64,000 nucleotides of DNA from Bacillales bacterium UBA1719. Its GTDB lineage: Bacteria; Bacillota_I; Bacilli_A; RFN20; CAG-826. Made by a program: the position numbers and the translations under genes. The notes under the pieces were generated by a model, which worked only from the letters and a program-made list of their open reading frames with translations, was not told where the DNA came from and made no database searches. Below are positions 62,158 through 64,000 of this stretch, one piece after another (the stretch's first letter is position 1; the number at the start of each line of letters is the position of its first letter). The stretch is from NCBI GenBank assembly GCA_002317145.1, contig DCIT01000003.1:23492-87491 (forward strand), read 5' to 3'.

Positions 62158-62520
62158 TTATTTAATCTTCACTAATAATTGTTTACTAGTAACTTGTGTT
62201 CCTTTACTAACTAAGACATCAGCGATAGTTCCGTCACATGGTGAGCAGACTTCGTTTTCTAATTTCATTGCTTCAATGAATAATAAGACATCGCCTTTTT
62301 TAACAGTGGATCCTACTTTAACATTAACTTTAGTAACACTACCTTGGATAGGTGCTAAAACATCTCTTCCTTCAGCATTACTTGTTGCTGCTTTCTTCTC
62401 CTCTTTCTTTTTAGGAGAACTAATTAAAGGTTTTGATCCTTCTTTAGTTTTAATTTCATCGATACTATCAAGTTCGACTTTGTAGGTTTTTCCGTTTACT
62501 TTGATTTTATAGATTTTCAT
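62158..62520 (-). CDS. biotin carboxyl carrier protein subunit (biotin/lipoyl attachment domain)
   Basis: Biotinyl-Lys motif EAMKLENEV, a Pro/Ala/Lys-rich linker, 120 aa. Confidence 0.85.
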   Translation of the reverse strand: MKIYKIKVNGKTYKVELDSIDEIKTKEGSKPLISSPKKKEEKKAATSNAEGRDVLAPIQGSVTKVNVKVGSTVKKGDVLLFIEAMKLENEVCSPCDGTIADVLVSKGTQVTSKQLLVKIK

Positions 62521-62534
62521 ATTTCTTCTCCTTA

Positions 62535-62843
62535 TTATTCATCTATTTTTTCAATGCTAATTAATTTAGCGTTTTTACCAGTTTCATTATAGTAATCAAT
62601 TGTCGCGACTATAGAAGCCACAACAGCATCTTCATCTTCGTTTAATAATTTATTTTCTTCTTTAGGCATGATTTGAGTTTTAGCCTCAATTTTCTCCATG
62701 CCTTTAGAGATTCCTCCAGTGACAAGAATAATAATTATTAAGACTAAGAAGACTAAGATAATTGCAATTAAACTAATTAGAAGAGCATCTCCGAATGAGA
62801 TTTTTCCTCCACTAGGTATTGGCCATATTCCTTGAAATATCAT
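62535..62843 (-). CDS. OadG-like small membrane subunit of the decarboxylase
   Basis: 102 aa, a single N-terminal TM then a hydrophilic tail, positioned between the alpha and BCCP genes. Confidence 0.5.
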   Translation of the reverse strand: MIFQGIWPIPSGGKISFGDALLISLIAIILVFLVLIIIILVTGGISKGMEKIEAKTQIMPKEENKLLNEDEDAVVASIVATIDYYNETGKNAKLISIEKIDE

Positions 62844-62844
62844 G

Positions 62845-64000
62845 TTATGCCTCTAATTTAATTTTAATTGGTTTTTTATCTAGTTCCCTTTGTTTAAAGA
62901 AGTTGAGTGCAACATCTTCAAATAAGGCGATAGATAAAATATCTTCATCGTGTTTAGCGTATTTCTTATATTTCTTTTTAAGTGCTTCAAATTCTGGTTT
63001 TAAATCATCAGCAGGACGATAAGTAATTACTTTATCATTACCAATAATTTTCTTTTTAACCTCTTCATTAATAGGTGCTGGGAAGCGCCCATAACGTCCA
63101 TGTAAATATTCATTGATTTCTTTAGGTACCATTTTATATCTTTCACCAGTTATAACATTCATAACCGCTTGAGTTCCTACCATTTGAGATAATGGAGTGA
63201 CTAAAGGTGGATATCCTAAATCTTTTCTAACATTAGGAATTTCTTTTAATACTTCTTCTAATTTATCAGCATGACCTTGTTGAGTTAATTGACTCACTAA
63301 GTTTGATAACATTCCTCCTGGAACTTGATAAGTTAAAATATTTGGATTATATGCTAAAGATTTAGGATTAAGAGTCCCGTTATTGAAATATTTAGTTCTT
63401 ACTGGTCTAAGAATATTTGCAGCTTTATTTAAAGCTTCAATATTTAACTTAGGATCATACTCTGTTCCTTTTAAAGCAAAATTAATAGATTCAGTGCATG
63501 GTTGAGAAGTTCCACTTGAGAATGGAGAAATAGCGCAGTCAAGGATATCTACTCCAGCTTCAATAGCCTTCATGTAAGTCATTTCCATGATTCCACCTGT
63601 GCAGTGAGAATGTAACTCAATAGGAAGTCTAGTATTTTGTTTTAAAGCTTTAATTAAATCATATGCCGTTTGAGGTAATAACACTCCCGCCATATCTTTA
63701 ATGCAAATGCTATCTGCTCCTAATTTTTCAATTTCTTTCGCTAAAGAAACATAGTAGTCAACAGTATGAACCGGACTGGTGGTATAGCTTAAAGCAATCT
63801 GACATTCTCCGCCATATTTCTTAGTTGCTTTTACTGCACACTCTAAGTTTCTAATATCATTTAAAGCATCAAATATACGAATAATATCAATTCCGTTTTT
63901 AATTGATTTCTCAACAAATTTTTCAACGATATCATCAGCATAATGTCTATAGCCTAAAATATTTTGTCCACGGAATAACATTTGTAATTTTGTATTCTTA
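62845..64000 (-). CDS. oadA: oxaloacetate decarboxylase alpha / pyruvate carboxylase subunit B-type carboxyltransferase (5' end beyond window; frame open to nt 64000)
   Basis: ...NTKLQMLFRGQNILGYRHYADD, DMAGVLLP and HSHCTGG are hallmark 5S carboxyltransferase motifs. There is no fused biotin domain; a separate BCCP gene lies downstream. Confidence 0.9.
   Translation of the reverse strand, partial: KNTKLQMLFRGQNILGYRHYADDIVEKFVEKSIKNGIDIIRIFDALNDIRNLECAVKATKKYGGECQIALSYTTSPVHTVDYYVSLAKEIEKLGADSICIKDMAGVLLPQTAYDLIKALKQNTRLPIELHSHCTGGIMEMTYMKAIEAGVDILDCAISPFSSGTSQPCTESINFALKGTEYDPKLNIEALNKAANILRPVRTKYFNNGTLNPKSLAYNPNILTYQVPGGMLSNLVSQLTQQGHADKLEEVLKEIPNVRKDLGYPPLVTPLSQMVGTQAVMNVITGERYKMVPKEINEYLHGRYGRFPAPINEEVKKKIIGNDKVITYRPADDLKPEFEALKKKYKKYAKHDEDILSIALFEDVALNFFKQRELDKKPIKIKLEA

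Overview
The window is a 64 kb segment around the chromosomal replication origin of a low-GC, AT-rich Firmicutes/Mollicutes-like bacterium. Long housekeeping ORFs are intact with TGA as stop, so it uses the standard bacterial code, not mycoplasma code 4. The core is the rpmH-rnpA-yidC-jag | oriC | dnaA-dnaN-yaaA-recF-gyrB-gyrA-serS arrangement, with DnaA-box clusters on both sides of dnaA. To the right lie a putative small SRP RNA, tadA, a MacB-like ABC / P-type ATPase / TetR / MscL operon, and a convergent flavoprotein-CofE-like-TldD-TldE operon. Further right are rpsF-ssb-rpsR-gdpP-rplI-dnaB, MBL-rlmH plus a RimK-like ATP-grasp pair, rpmE, metG, a two-subunit AcnX, degV, ecfA1A2T, truA and a yebC-like regulator gene. 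The window ends in a Na+-pumping biotin-dependent decarboxylase cluster (oadA-oadG-BCCP-oadB) next to birA. To the left of oriC lie mnmE, tatD, rsmA, ispE, a truncated GlmU-like nucleotidyltransferase and the 3' part of ppdK. No transposase, integrase, phage or CRISPR signal is visible. The most interesting items are the four-gene oxidoreductase/CofE-like/TldDE operon, the ion-homeostasis operon with a perfect palindromic operator, the RimK-like pair, the split AcnX, an unannotated SRP RNA, a motif-rich 300-nt noncoding region and a tiny Lys/Cys-Gly-rich ORF. Product calls come from by-eye motif recognition only and are not database-verified.
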